Made by a program: the position numbers and the translations under genes. DNA of 64,000 bases from Chlorokybus atmophyticus. Lineage: Eukaryota; Plantae; Mesostigma and Chlorokybus algae. Positions 1-11,326 of the stretch are shown here, in pieces. Every line of letters starts with the position of its first letter. Positions within the stretch are counted from its first letter, which is position 1. The stretch spans positions 62,001 through 126,000 of the forward strand of contig RHPI01000585.1 of NCBI GenBank assembly GCA_009103225.1, in the 5' to 3' direction. The notes under the pieces are model-generated. The model saw only the letters and a program-made list of their open reading frames with translations, searched no databases and was not told the DNA's origin.

Positions 1-1
1 A

Positions 2-2698
2 GTCGAGGACCTTCTACAACGTGGGTACATCAGGCACAGCAAGTCTCCTTACGGTGCACCTATCCTATTTGTACGTAAGAAGAGCGGAGCCTTGCGCATG
101 TGCATCGACTATCGGCCACTCAACAACATCACCAAGAAGAATGTGTTCCCTTTGCCACGCATTGATGAGTTGTTGGAGCAGCTCGAGGGTGCTGAGTTCT
201 TCTCAAGCTTGGACCTAGCTGGTGGCTACCATCAGATCCGTGTTGCGCCCGAAGACGTTGAGAAGACGGCTTTCAACACTCGCTATGGCCACTATGAGTG
301 GTTGGTGATGTCCTTTGGCATGACAAATGCTCCGGCAACCTTTCAAACCTTGATGAATGAGGTCTTTGCTGATCTGATTGGCAAGGGCGTGCTAGTGTAC
401 CTCGACGACATCCTTGTGTACACAAAGAGCAAGAGAGAGCACGTGGCATTGCTACACGAGGTGATGCAGCGTTTACGTACACACAAGTTGTTTGCTCAGC
501 TCAACAAGTGCCGCTTCTTGCTTGAAGAGGTAGAATACCTTGGCCACATTGTATCCAAGAAAGGAATCAAGGCAGATCCAAGCAAGCTTGCCGCGGTGCG
601 CGATTGGGCTGCCCCGAAGGACGTGAAGGGTGTCATGTCGTTCCTAGGGCTTGCCGGCTACTATCGTAAGTTTGTAAAGGGCTTTTCGCACTTGGCGGCA
701 CCATTGACGGCATTGTTGAGGAAGGGGGTGGCTTGGAGCTGGTCGGAGGCTGCAACAAAGGCATTTTCCGACTTGAAAGAGGCCCTGACATCGGCTCCCG
801 TGCTGCTGCATCCCAACATGCAATTGCCCTTTGTGGTGGCGTGTGATGCGTCCGACAAGGCTATTGGGGCTGTTTTGCAGCAGGATCACGGCAACGGCTT
901 GCAACCGGTGGCCTATTTCAGCAAGAAGATGAGCGGGGCTGAGCTCAACTACCCCGTTCATGAGAAGGAATTGCTGGCGCAGGTGCTAGCGCTACGGCAA
1001 TGGCGTTGTTTCCTTGAAGGCAAGCGGTTCACACTTGAGACGGACCACTCGCCATTAAGGTACCTTCAAACGCAGCCTCACCTCTCACGGCGGCAAGCTC
1101 GTTGGCTCGAGTTCTTCCAACTCTTCGACTTTGAAGTGAAGTACAAGCCGGGCTCTTCAAATAAGGTTGCGGACGCATTAAGCCGTCAACTCAACGCGCT
1201 TGAAACGGTGGTGCAAGTGCAGCCCAAGTGGCTTGACCAGATCCGTGCCTTATTGCATGAGGACGCGGTGGGGGAGAAGGCCACTGAGGCGTTGGAGAAT
1301 GGGACTGAACATAGCGGCCTTTGGGCATTGAAGGACGGGCTGCTATGGCATGGCGATCGCATGTACATACCCAACATTGCGCACATGCGCGTGGCATTGA
1401 TGAAGGAAGCGCATAATGTGCCAATGGCTGGTCATCAAGGGCTGGAACGGACACTAGCCTTGTTGAAACAGAAATTTTTCTGGTCGGATATGCATCGTGA
1501 CGTTAAGGACTATGTGGCATTGTGCGACACTTGTCAAAGGGTGAAGGCGAGCAATCAACGCGCCAGTGGGCTGCTCCAACCATTGCCGATACCTTTGGCG
1601 AAGTGGGAGCAAGTTACTCTTGACTTCATCACGGGGCTGCCACGGACACGTGAAGGGCATGATGCTATCTTGGTGTTTGTGGACAAGACTAGCAAAATGG
1701 TGCGATTGGCGCCATGTACGGAGACTTGCACAGCTCCCGAGGCTGCCAAGTTGTTCATCAAGCATGTGGTGCGCTCTCATGGCCTTTCAAGAAGCATTAT
1801 CAGTGATAGAGACCCGCGGTTTACTGGCAACTTTTGGAGAGCTCTCCACGCAACTCTAGGCACGAGCTTGAAGTTCAGCACCGCGTACCACCCTGAAACG
1901 GACGGCCAAACGGAGCGCGCCAACCGCGTCATCGAAGACATGCTACGGTGCTATGTGAACAGCCGCCAAGACAATTGGGGAGACATGCTGGAGCTGATTG
2001 AGTTCACCATTAACAACCACAAGAGTGCAAGCACGGGCGTGACACCTTTCCTTATGAACTATGGGCAACATCCATTGACGCCATTGACGGCGTGGGTGCC
2101 TAGCATGCAAAGTTCAGATGTGGAGGCCGTGGACGGCTTTCTTGAAAGGTGTGCCGACATTACCAAGGCAGCTCGAGAGGCTCTGCTTGTGGCGCAAAAC
2201 CGGCAAAAGCAATACGCCGATGCGCGTCGCAAGGATGTTGTGTTCGAGGAGGGTGACCTTGTAATGCTTTCAACCAAGCATGTGCAGCTGGTCACGGGGG
2301 TGCGCAAGCTGAGTGAGCGATGGTTTGGGCCCTTTAAAGTGATCAAGGTCATCTCGAAGGTGGCCTACAAGCTGGAGCTGCCCAATACCATGCATGTGCA
2401 CCCTGTTTTTCATGTCTCGCTTCTTAAAGGTTATCGAGGGGAGCCACCAGCTCGTCCGCCTCCAGATGTGGTTCGTGAAGGTGAGGCTGAGTGGGAAGTG
2501 GAAGCAATTGTCACGGACAAGCTGATCCGAGGCGTGCGCAAGTATTTGGTGAAGTGGCGTGGCTATCCAATGCACGAGGCGACATACGAGCCCGAGGAGA
2601 GCTTTACCAATGCCAAACAGGTCTTGCAAGACTACAAGGCCAGAGGAGGCAGTCGTCAGCTTCGAGGACGAAGCTCCCCCGGGGGGGAAGGGGTGTAA
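2..2698 (+). CDS. Ty3/Gypsy (chromovirus) pol polyprotein, 5'-partial: RT, RNase H, integrase, chromodomain
   Basis: Uninterrupted frame from nt 2. Motifs: RMCIDYRPLN, LDLAGGYHQ, YLDDILVY (RT), ACDASDKAIGAVL (RNase H), H-x-GH...CDTC zinc finger, DFITGLP...SDRDPRF...TERAN (integrase), WFGPFKV, C-terminal EWEVEAIV...YLVKWRGYPMHEATYEPEE (chromodomain). Confidence 0.97.
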   Translation, partial: VEDLLQRGYIRHSKSPYGAPILFVRKKSGALRMCIDYRPLNNITKKNVFPLPRIDELLEQLEGAEFFSSLDLAGGYHQIRVAPEDVEKTAFNTRYGHYEWLVMSFGMTNAPATFQTLMNEVFADLIGKGVLVYLDDILVYTKSKREHVALLHEVMQRLRTHKLFAQLNKCRFLLEEVEYLGHIVSKKGIKADPSKLAAVRDWAAPKDVKGVMSFLGLAGYYRKFVKGFSHLAAPLTALLRKGVAWSWSEAATKAFSDLKEALTSAPVLLHPNMQLPFVVACDASDKAIGAVLQQDHGNGLQPVAYFSKKMSGAELNYPVHEKELLAQVLALRQWRCFLEGKRFTLETDHSPLRYLQTQPHLSRRQARWLEFFQLFDFEVKYKPGSSNKVADALSRQLNALETVVQVQPKWLDQIRALLHEDAVGEKATEALENGTEHSGLWALKDGLLWHGDRMYIPNIAHMRVALMKEAHNVPMAGHQGLERTLALLKQKFFWSDMHRDVKDYVALCDTCQRVKASNQRASGLLQPLPIPLAKWEQVTLDFITGLPRTREGHDAILVFVDKTSKMVRLAPCTETCTAPEAAKLFIKHVVRSHGLSRSIISDRDPRFTGNFWRALHATLGTSLKFSTAYHPETDGQTERANRVIEDMLRCYVNSRQDNWGDMLELIEFTINNHKSASTGVTPFLMNYGQHPLTPLTAWVPSMQSSDVEAVDGFLERCADITKAAREALLVAQNRQKQYADARRKDVVFEEGDLVMLSTKHVQLVTGVRKLSERWFGPFKVIKVISKVAYKLELPNTMHVHPVFHVSLLKGYRGEPPARPPPDVVREGEAEWEVEAIVTDKLIRGVRKYLVKWRGYPMHEATYEPEESFTNAKQVLQDYKARGGSRQLRGRSSPGGEGV

Positions 2699-3335
2699 CA
2701 GCCTGGGGCATTTTTTGTATTTTATTGTACATAAAGTACTTATTTTGCCTTTTTTGCTGGCTTGATGAGGGCTTTTATGAGCTTTATTAAGCCCATGTGG
2801 CGCCTGCCCCTGCTGCCGCGCGCGACTTGCCTGCGACCTGCTCGACAGCAGCTAATTCGGCGACGTGACCCACCTGCCACGCGGTTGTGACACAGCCGCT
2901 GACTGGACACGCGCTGTGCAGTGCCAGGTGACGCGGACTGCACAGTCACACAGCCGCCGAAGGCCCAACGCGCGTGGCGGGGAGCCTGCACTTGGACCTG
3001 CCTTTAAATTTGGTAGTGAATAATGAAATGTCTGTTAATTAGGCTATTTCTTCCTAGTGCTTGTATAAATAGAAAAACCCTGTGTAATGCAACCAACTTT
3101 GTTTTCTGCTCTTTGCTGTGAGTATGCTGGTGCATGCTTGAGGGAGTTGTGGTCCAAGGCACACTGCTGCGTTCTTGCTTGGCGTGAGAAGTAGTAGTGT
3201 TCGTGTGCGTGGGCGCGCTCGACGCGTGCGTGCGTGCGCGAGTGAAGGCAAGGTTCCGGTGTGAAGATTGTGCTCAGCTGCACACATGTGTTGTATGACT
3301 TGTGTGCTGTGTATGTGAGCACGAGCATCGTTACA
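2681..3335 (+). mobile_element. Polypurine tract (2681-2693) and 3' LTR (2694-3335) of the Gypsy element
   Basis: GGGGGGGAAGGGG directly precedes TGTAACA. The LTR ends in GTTACA at 3335 (TGTAAC/GTTACA terminal inverted repeat). The pol stop TAA lies inside the LTR start. Confidence 0.88.
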
Positions 3336-3569
3336 GCGTCCTACCAAAGACCAGACCAGACTGTACCAGTCCTAACTGCCTGCAGCCTATACATACAACT
3401 GCAGTCTATGAGTAGCTTATCAAGTACCAACTTAATAAGCTACAATAGGGCTAGCTAAGCTGACTGGACAATAGCACATAAGTGTCATATGCTATACATG
3501 TATAGAACACTGCAAACCATGCTATATTCTCCACACTCCCACGCAAACAGCTTGGCCAGCTCTAAATCT

Positions 3570-6500
3570 TCAGAACTTGGTCTTCATTGTCTTCATCTTC
3601 ACTACCCTGATGCCCAGTCCTTCACAACATGCCTTGAACTTCTTCATAGGCAGTGCCTTCGTCGTGAAGTCAGCCAGCATCTCCTCAGTGCCACAGAAGA
3701 CAAACTCAATCTCATTCCTCGCCACTCTGTCTCTCACAAAGTGATGGTGCACATCAATGTGCTTGCTCCTCGCCGAGAGAATGGAATTTTTCAGTAGTTT
3801 GACTGCTCCTTGGTTGTCACAGCGCATCTCCACGCTTCCACATGGATGACCAAGGTCTTCTAGCAGTTTCCTAAGCCACAATGCCTCCTTCGCCGCTGCT
3901 GCAGAGGCCATGTACTCTGCTTCTGTAGTGGAAGCTGCCACTATTGGTTGCAGCTTGCTGTTCCAGCTAACCACTCCACCATTTAGCTTGAAGACATATC
4001 CAGTGGTAGACCTTCTGGTATCTAGGTCACCAGCATAATTTGCATCACAGTAGCCTTGCAACTCCTGGTTGCTACGCCCATATTGGATGCCAACTGTTGC
4101 TGTCCTTGACAAGTAGCGTAGCACACCTTTTGCTGCCAACCAATGCTGCATTGTTGGAGCAGACATGTACCTCGCCAACTGTCCCACAGCACGTGCAATG
4201 TCGGGCCGAGAAGCTATGGACAGATAGAAAGGCTCCCCAGAAGCTCACAGTAGAATACTTTGCCTTATCCAGCTCTTCGTCACTGTCCAGTGCTCTCACC
4301 AACTGAACTCCCACGCTCAGTGGCATCTCTCTCACATTCGCATTGTCGAGACCAAACTTGTTTCCAACTGCCTCACCGCTTGCTCTCGCGTAATAGTGAT
4401 GGTTCCAGCAGCTCTGTCTCCAGTGACAACCATACTCAAGAAGTATGCTGTCTCGCCCAAGTCTCTGCACTCAAACATAGCCTGCAGCTGAATCTTCACT
4501 CGCTGCACCCCTAACATTTCTGACGCTGCTATCAGAATGTCGTCCACGTACACCAACAGCCAAACTTGCTCGCTCTTGTGGTAGAACAAGCTTGAATCTG
4601 CCAGACTTGCTGTAATCCCCTGCTTCTGGAGCTCCTTGCACAGTCTTGCATGCCACACTCGTGGTGCCTGCTTCAAGCCATATAACGCCTTCACCAATCT
4701 GCATGCTGTACCAGGTGGCCCCTCCTGATACCCTCCTGGTTGCTGAATGTAGATTCTCTCCTTCAGCTCCCCAGTCAAAAACGCTGTCTTGACATCCAAA
4801 GTGATGGAACTCCAGGTTGTCTGCTGACACAACTGCCACCATAGCTTTGAAGGTTGCCAACTTTCCCGCAGGTGCAAACACCTCATTGAAGTCCACTCCT
4901 TCTTGCTGCAGAAACCCCTTGGCAACCAATCTGGCTTTATACCTTTCAATGTTGCCATTGGCGTCCCTCTTCACCTTGAACACCCACTTGACAGGATTAG
5001 GCTTGACCCCTGCAGGTGGAACTTCGAGTTCCCATGTCGCATTGGCATGCAGCGAGGCTATCTCTTCATCCATTGCCTGACGCCAACTGTTTGCATCAGT
5101 CCGCAGGAGTGCTTCTTCATATGTCGCTGGCTCCACACTCTGTGAATCTGAGCCCGCCATATAGCCAAACTCCTTGTGAAAACGAACAGGACCCTTCCTG
5201 CCGCGCCCAGGATAATGCCCCATGCCTTGCTGTTGGGTTTGCTGCTTTTGATGACTCCTGTCATCTCTGCTTGCAGCTCTGCTCACTTTCTTAGGGCTGA
5301 GCTCCCTTTCTCCATCAGAATCATTGTTCACCAAATATGGAACAGTGGTTGCAGTGCTAGACTCCGGCTGTTGCTGATCATAATGAGAACTGACATCTTC
5401 ATCTGAAGAGTCACTGTCACTGATCTCCTGCAGTTGCTGAGCTCCCACGGCTTCATGGAAGACAACTTCTCGGCTGATCACAATCATCTGAGTATCCTCC
5501 ACCAAAACTCTATAAGCCTTGGAGTCAGGCTCATAGCCAAGGAATGTGCCTTTCTTGCTCACTAGCTCCAGCTTTTTCCTTTTCTGTTTCAGTATCAACA
5601 CATATGTAGTGCAGCCAACACTCGAATGTTGCTGACATTTGGAGCTTTCGCGAAGAACACCTCCCACGGAGTCTTTGCTTGAGCACGCACTGGCAATCTA
5701 TTCCTGAAATAGTTGGCTGTCAAGACCGCCTCTGCCCACCAGCAATACTCCAATTTCGCATTACTCAGCATGGCTCTCACCCTTTCCATCAACGTCAGAT
5801 TTAGCCGCTCTGCGGCACCATTCTGCTGCGGAGTGTACGGGGCTGTTGTATGATGCACAATGCCTTGCGAAAACCAGAATGCAGACAGTTCTTTGTTCAG
5901 GTACTCCCCTCCTCTGTCACTTCTGACTGTCTTCACAGATTTGCCAAACACATTTTCAACCACAGCACCACCTCTTTCACCACAGCTGGTACATCTGACT
6001 TGAGCTTCACAGGACGTACCAATGACAGCTTGGAGAAGTCATCAAGGAAGGTGACAATGTAAGATGCTACCCCCTTTGATGGCTCTGGTAATGGACCACA
6101 CACATCTGTGTGTACCAACTGTCCAACATGCTCGCTGACGCTCTCAGATCGTTGAAAAGGTTGCCTATGCATCTTGGACAACACACATGGCTCGCACAAC
6201 ACTCCTTTGGTCTGCTTGATCTGCAGCTTGCTCGCATTAATGCCGCTGACCAGATCTTCTGCTACCAAACGATGCAGGTTGTCGTAGCTCAGTTGCCCAA
6301 ACCTTCAATGCCAAAGTTCAGCTGACTCAGGAACTGTCGCCACCAGTGCCTTGTCAGTCTCAGCTTCTTCTATCAGGTAAAGGCCGCCCTGCTGTTCTCT
6401 AGCGATCAGACACACCTTGCCATCAACGCGCAGACAGACTTCTGCTCCTTTTCCTGACAAATCAGCTCCAGCCTTCAATGCAACCTTCATGGAGAAGAGG

Positions 6501-7565
6501 CTAGCCTGTGCACGAGGAACATGAAGAACTTCTTTCAGCTCCACCCTGTACACACCTTCTCCTGTCTTACAATGAACACCAATTGGCCTGTACCCGCTAC
6601 CTCCAACTGTCCACCCTGAAACTCCACACTCCGTGGACTGCATTGAACCTTGTAGTTGAGTAGCAGCCCAGCATCAGGAGTCAGATGCTGTGTACAGCCA
6701 AAATCGAACACCCACTCAGGATGACGCCTGATCTCTGTGGATGCTGTGAAGGCAACTGCTCCACCCACTCCTTTCTGTCCACCCTGATTGCCCTTTGCTG
6801 GTCTCAGCTGCTGACAATCACTCTTCCAATGCCATACTTGGTCGCAATGGAAGCACTTCCCCTTGAAAGGCTTCTACTGCTTCTTCTGATATCCACCCTT
6901 GTTGCCATTGTTGTTGCCGCTGGTACCAGCTCCTTCAGATGATTGCGCTCGAGCAGCGAACGCACTGGACTCTCCATCAGCCTCGTTGCCCCTGATCCTA
7001 GATTCTGCCTTCAACAGGATAGGCAAAATCTCTTTAAGGGTCAACTTCTGAGTGGTACTAATACCCTCCAACATGATCACAACAATCTCGAACTCTCGTG
7101 GCAACCCAGACAGTTCATTCAAGCACAGATCATCCTCTGAGACTGAATCTCCAATCGAGGTCAAACCATTTCTGAGCTCTATGCACATCCCAAGTACTCT
7201 GTAACTGTCTCACTAGCAAGCTTCCTCATGTTGTTGAACGCTTGCTTGAGCTTAATCTTACGACCAACAGAGCGTGTAGAGAACATATTTTCCAAAGCTT
7301 CCCATGCATGCTTGGCATCAGATTGCATCTGTAGCAGTGGCCTATGGAAGGGCTTAACATGCATACTCATCAAAGCCAAAGCATGCAAACTGCTTCGCAT
7401 CCATGCAAACTCGTTACCAATTGGCGCACTCCCCTTTGGGTCTACGTAGTCCCACAGCTCTTTGTAGATGAGCTTCATCTTCATCTCAAAACTCCAGCTG
7501 GCGTAGTTGTCATCTCCCAAGGGTTTGATGGTGAACTTCTCCTTCTCTGATCCGGTGGTTGCCAT
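3570..7565 (-). pseudogene. Copia gag-pol, fragmented by stops and frameshifts
   Basis: ORF pieces: NYASWSFEMKMKL (gag), zinc knuckle CFHCDQVWHWKSDC after an in-frame TAG, WVFDFGCTQH (protease), VHTDVCGP / RSDRGGEY / TPQQNGAAER (integrase), KARLVAKGF, YGLKQAPR, YVDDIL (RT), GYCDANYAGDLDTRRSTTG and SKHIDVHHHFVRD (RNase H). Confidence 0.95.
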
Positions 7566-7718
7566 CCTGCTGACTCTCCTGCTAACTGAACTTCACAGCT
7601 GAACCCCACAGTCCTCCTCCTTGTCCGCTGCACCTCTCAACTCCAGCAATCAGCTCCAACAACCCCACACGCAGAGGAGAACACTCTCTCACAGTAGCTA
7701 GCTCTACACACGTAGATG

Positions 7719-7731
7719 TGGGCCCATAACC
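7719..7731 (-). promoter_or_regulatory. Copia primer-binding site GGTTATGGGCCCA (half-tRNA-iMet type)
   Basis: The minus strand reads ...TCAACA|GGTTATGGGCCCA directly after the 5' LTR. This is the motif known from Drosophila copia, Ty5 and Volvox Osser-type elements. Confidence 0.85.
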
Positions 7732-8080
7732 TGTTGACTAGAGATGCTGCATGCAACCATGCACAACAAGCATACACAGCACAGTGATAAGAGCAGAGCT
7801 ACACCGCCAGAGATACTGACCAGAGAGCAAACTTACTTAATAACCCGCGGCCTGTCGGCTCTGGGCCCTCAGTCTGGGTCCTACCAAAGACCATACCAGA
7901 TTGTACCAGTCCTAACTGCCTGCAGCCTAAACATACAACTGCAGTCTATGAGTAGCTTATCAAGTACCAACTTACTAAGCTACAATAGGGCTAGCTAAGC
8001 TGATTGAACAATAGCACATAAGTGTCATATGCTATACATGTAGAAAACACTGCAAACCATGCTATATTCTCCACAACAAC

Positions 8081-8806
8081 CGGGACTACCAGGCACGTAT
8101 CCTGAAGGCATGGAGCTGTGCGGAATATGTGAGAGAGGATGGCATGGTCGTGGATCCCGAGATGCGCTCGGTTATGGCGCAGGCGCGGCAGCAGTGCTGT
8201 AATGTCATGGAGAAGACGGAAAAGTTGCTATGGATGGATGTGCTGACAAGGAGGGAGTCCAGCCCGTACTGGAGCGGAGCCGCCAAGTCGCTTTGAAGAC
8301 TCCATTCGCCGACAAGCTACCTGCCACCCTGGACAGCTGGTTGAGGAGGGAACAACTGGAGTTGGCCGACGGGTGGCGTGCTGTTCGCGTGGAACGGAGG
8401 CGCAGCGGTGTACATGACATCAGGAGTCAGCATGGCGCGCGCAACTGGGATGTTCCATGGGCGGCCTTGGTTCTCTACACTTGAGTTGGAAGGTGATGAG
8501 GACGGTGTGAATGTGACGTGGTGGGCTCAGGCACTCCTTTTTCTGCGCGTGGTGGTGTGGGGTGGTAGCGGCGAGCGCGTGTGGAAGGAGGTCGTGTTTG
8601 TCCGCTGGTACACGAAGCTGGATGTGACGAGCGACACAAAGTGCATCGCTCTAAAATGGGAAAAGCGTCGAGGTGGTCCACATCTCGATGTCGTCACTCT
8701 GGAGCAAGTAAAAGGCATTGTCCAGCTGCTCCCCACGTTTGACAAAGACAGCGCCCGTGTACAAGAGGGCAAGTATTGGGCAAACGTTCACTGCACTTCC
8801 ACGTGA
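8081..8806 (+). pseudogene. 3' remnant of a probable Plavaka/EnSpm-like transposase gene, interrupted by the Copia insertion
   Basis: Frameshifted pieces ending RATGMFHGRPWFSTLEL...WAQALLFLRV...VFVRWY...CIALKW...DVVTLEQVKGIVQLLPTF...YWANVH. This resembles the conserved C-terminal region (RA-x-P-x-F-x-G-x-PW...V-x-WY...I-x-R-x-VHL-x-P-x-F...Y-x-N) of Plavaka-type transposases. The catalytic region would lie outside the window. Confidence 0.5.
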
Positions 8807-9009
8807 CACATGTACTTGTCTCACTACTCTGAATTTGGAGCATATCAGTCAGTTAGGCGTTGCTAATCGTATGCTAAGACTTTTGCATGTGAGCGTGTAC
8901 AATACCGGGCAGCTGTTACTGCACAACTGTCACCACAATCGAATGTGCCATGCAACATTCAACAATCAATCCGCCGTGTGGCATTAAGCATCAATACAGT
9001 GCACCACAC

Positions 9010-10733
9010 TCAAGCCTCATGGTTCCATGACACAGGAGGGTAGTCATAGCGCATATCCATTGTTTCAAGCATGAGACGCCCTATGCACTCCGCCATTGCG
9101 GGAGGAACTGCATTCGCTATGGAAACGGCCGAGGTCATCCATGGCACTCCCAGCGCTGTTTGCCACGCAGCAATGCCGCCCCTGGTGCTTGGAAGGCCAT
9201 AGACCGGGTACATCTGCTGTGGCGCGTTTAATGTCACGATTGTCTTCTTTGCGCTAGCGCACAGGTGCGGCGATAGCAGTCCAACTGCCTTGCCCGCGCG
9301 CGAGCAGCGTGCTGGTGGGGTAGCTACCACTGGCTGTGTCTCAAACAGACGGTGTCGGAAAGTTACTAGGCCAAACATCGTGCCACAAAGGGACAGATTG
9401 GGTGTGAATGAGGAAGCTTCTCCTCGCACATTCTCAATCACAAACTTGACCTGGCTTGCAAGCAGCAGACGTCGGACGAGCGGTATAATATCCTGGTGTC
9501 TCCAGGATGTGCTATGTGCCGCCCGTTGAGGTGCCGGGATAGCACCTGAATAAGCCTGGCATGGTGGACTGGCTCAGATGAGCTCGTACTCGCTCAACTC
9601 TCCTGCACTCAGGGTGCATACATCACGGTGTATGAAGGGCAGCGGGTACTCAGAGGAGGGACTTAAGTCCATCCCGATCATGTCAAAGCCTGCGTGGTAT
9701 AGACCGACACTGGCACCGCCACCGCCGCAAAAAAGGTCGAGTGCCCTTGGTCTGCGTGTGCGTCCCAGCTTGTTGTCAAATGGCATGTATGTGGTCAAGG
9801 CTAGCCGTGGTGCTGGCCAGGGACTAACAATGATGCCGTCCGGGCTTACTTTGCGATTGTCGTTCTCCCCTCCGGCGCGCAGAACATGGCGTGCCCCGTC
9901 AACTGATGTGTACGCGAATACGTCGTGCCCTTTGAAGTTAATGGTTTGTGGTCGATCACCGTCATCGAATACTATACGGTGCTGCCCTGCAAAGACATTT
10001 TCCATTGCACCATGCATATATGATGCGTCCTCAATCTCGCACGCCACGAAGCAATGCTGACCTGACGCTTGCTTGAATGATTCCACAACGCCCGCATACC
10101 ATTCCCCATCCAGCGGCCAATGCACCATGCCACTCACACCGATCAGCTGCTCGCATCCCAACTTAACTGCGTTACGCAGCCGATGCAGTGCGCTGTCCAA
10201 CGGTCGATGGTCTGCCTCCTCTACAGCGGCCAGGGGATGGAACTGCCCACGCCCACACCGTGGAAGACTGCTCTAAATGCGACAACAGCTTCAACATGCA
10301 TGAAATAAGCATACGCCCAACATAACATGCAATGATACGTCGCGGTCCACTCTGCCGAATTACCTCCACAGCATCCACCACCTGTCCACTAACCACATGT
10401 CCCGGTGTTGTCCATGTAAAGAAGCGCATGGGTTCCCCTCGCCACTAAAAACATGAGCGCGAGCACGATTTGCACACGCACTGCACGCAATGGAAAAACT
10501 CGGGTTCCTTGCACTTGGCCGAGGCGGCAGCCAAACACGTCGACATTGTGTGTGGTGTGATGCCAGCAAGCAGCACTAAAACCGTGGCACATTGTCTGCA
10601 CTCGCTGGCATTCAGTCAAGTGTGCTCGCATTTGCTGCCTACGGCCATTGGCACATACGTACGCATTGCATTGTGGGCACACCAAGCATGGTCTCCTAGG
10701 TGAGGGGGGTTCAACTGCTCCCGCCGACATCAT
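9010..10733 (-). pseudogene. Cys-rich + Tudor-like + prokaryote/phage-type C5 DNA cytosine methyltransferase fusion, with premature stops
   Basis: Motif I RALDLFCGGGGASVG, motif IV ELI*ASPPCQAYS (TGA at 9574-9576 where W is expected, in frame with ORF 9010-9441), motif VI FVIENVRG, LCGTMFGL..FRHRLFE, motif X LGVPWMT...NAVPPAMAECIG. Removing a 75-nt GT-AG intron (9987-10061) gives VHWPLDGEWYAGVVESFKQASGQHRIVFDDGD (Tudor-like). The N-terminus has CPQC...H..EC and CVQCVCKSC clusters with a frameshift and a TAG. Confidence 0.88.
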
Positions 10734-10852
10734 GCAAAATAGGAATCGTCACGGCTGCCCACAAACTGAGCGAGACTTTAGGGTATGGGCATCAACAATT
10801 GAGTTGCTAGCTTACGAACCCTAAATGGGTCAAACTTCAAGTGAAGCACGAC

Positions 10853-10930
10853 GGTACCAAGGACGCTATTGCAAACCCATGCATGGTACTACATCAACAT
10901 GAATGGTACTCCATCTGTTAATGGTACTAC
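10853..10930. repeat. Cluster of four GGTAC motifs (ATGGTACT three times) upstream of the methyltransferase gene
   Basis: cggtacc, atggtactac, atggtactcc and atggtactac within about 80 nt. Confidence 0.6.
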
Positions 10931-11326
10931 AGTATAAGAATACTCGCATACTACCACAATCGTAGAGTAATACTGTGCTGTCATGCCATGGAACCCAGAG
11001 CGCTGTCCGAGTTTGTTGCTGTAAACCATGCTCTAAACCAGCGAGGTATGCAAGCCATGCACTGACTCATGCGCCGGGCAGTCATCATACACATGTACAG
11101 CCACTGCTTCTGACAATAGCAGATCTCTGGTGCACCATGCACCATGCTGCAACTATACATGTATCTACATGGTTCACAGGAAGCCAACACAAAACTACAA
11201 TACATGCACAATTGGCATCATGGCGGGGGCCAAATCACTGCCGACACGTTGGCTTCTTGCATCAGGCGTGGCGACCAAAAAGGGTGAGGTTGCTTGCAGA
11301 ATGGACACGCTTATAGATTCTTTGAT

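Larger units (their letters stand above)
3336..8075 (-). mobile_element. Ty1/Copia LTR retrotransposon, decayed; its 3' LTR is interrupted by the Gypsy element
   Basis: LTR copies at 7732-8075 (TG...CA, 344 bp) and 3336-3535, which matches 7876-8075 with 9 mismatches in 200 nt by manual alignment. PBS lies next to the 5' LTR and a purine tract GTGGGAG precedes the 3' LTR on the minus strand. Domain order is gag-protease-integrase-RT-RNase H. Confidence 0.95.

Noticed and set aside
9574-9576. TGA in the MTase read as selenocysteine, readthrough or an alternative genetic code (also TAA/TAG = Gln as in some ulvophytes)
   Set aside because: The position is a conserved Trp one base change from TGG. 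Neighbouring genes have all three stop types plus frameshifts, and host genes end normally in TAA (PGM, secreted protein) and TGA (KUP). Decay is the simpler explanation.
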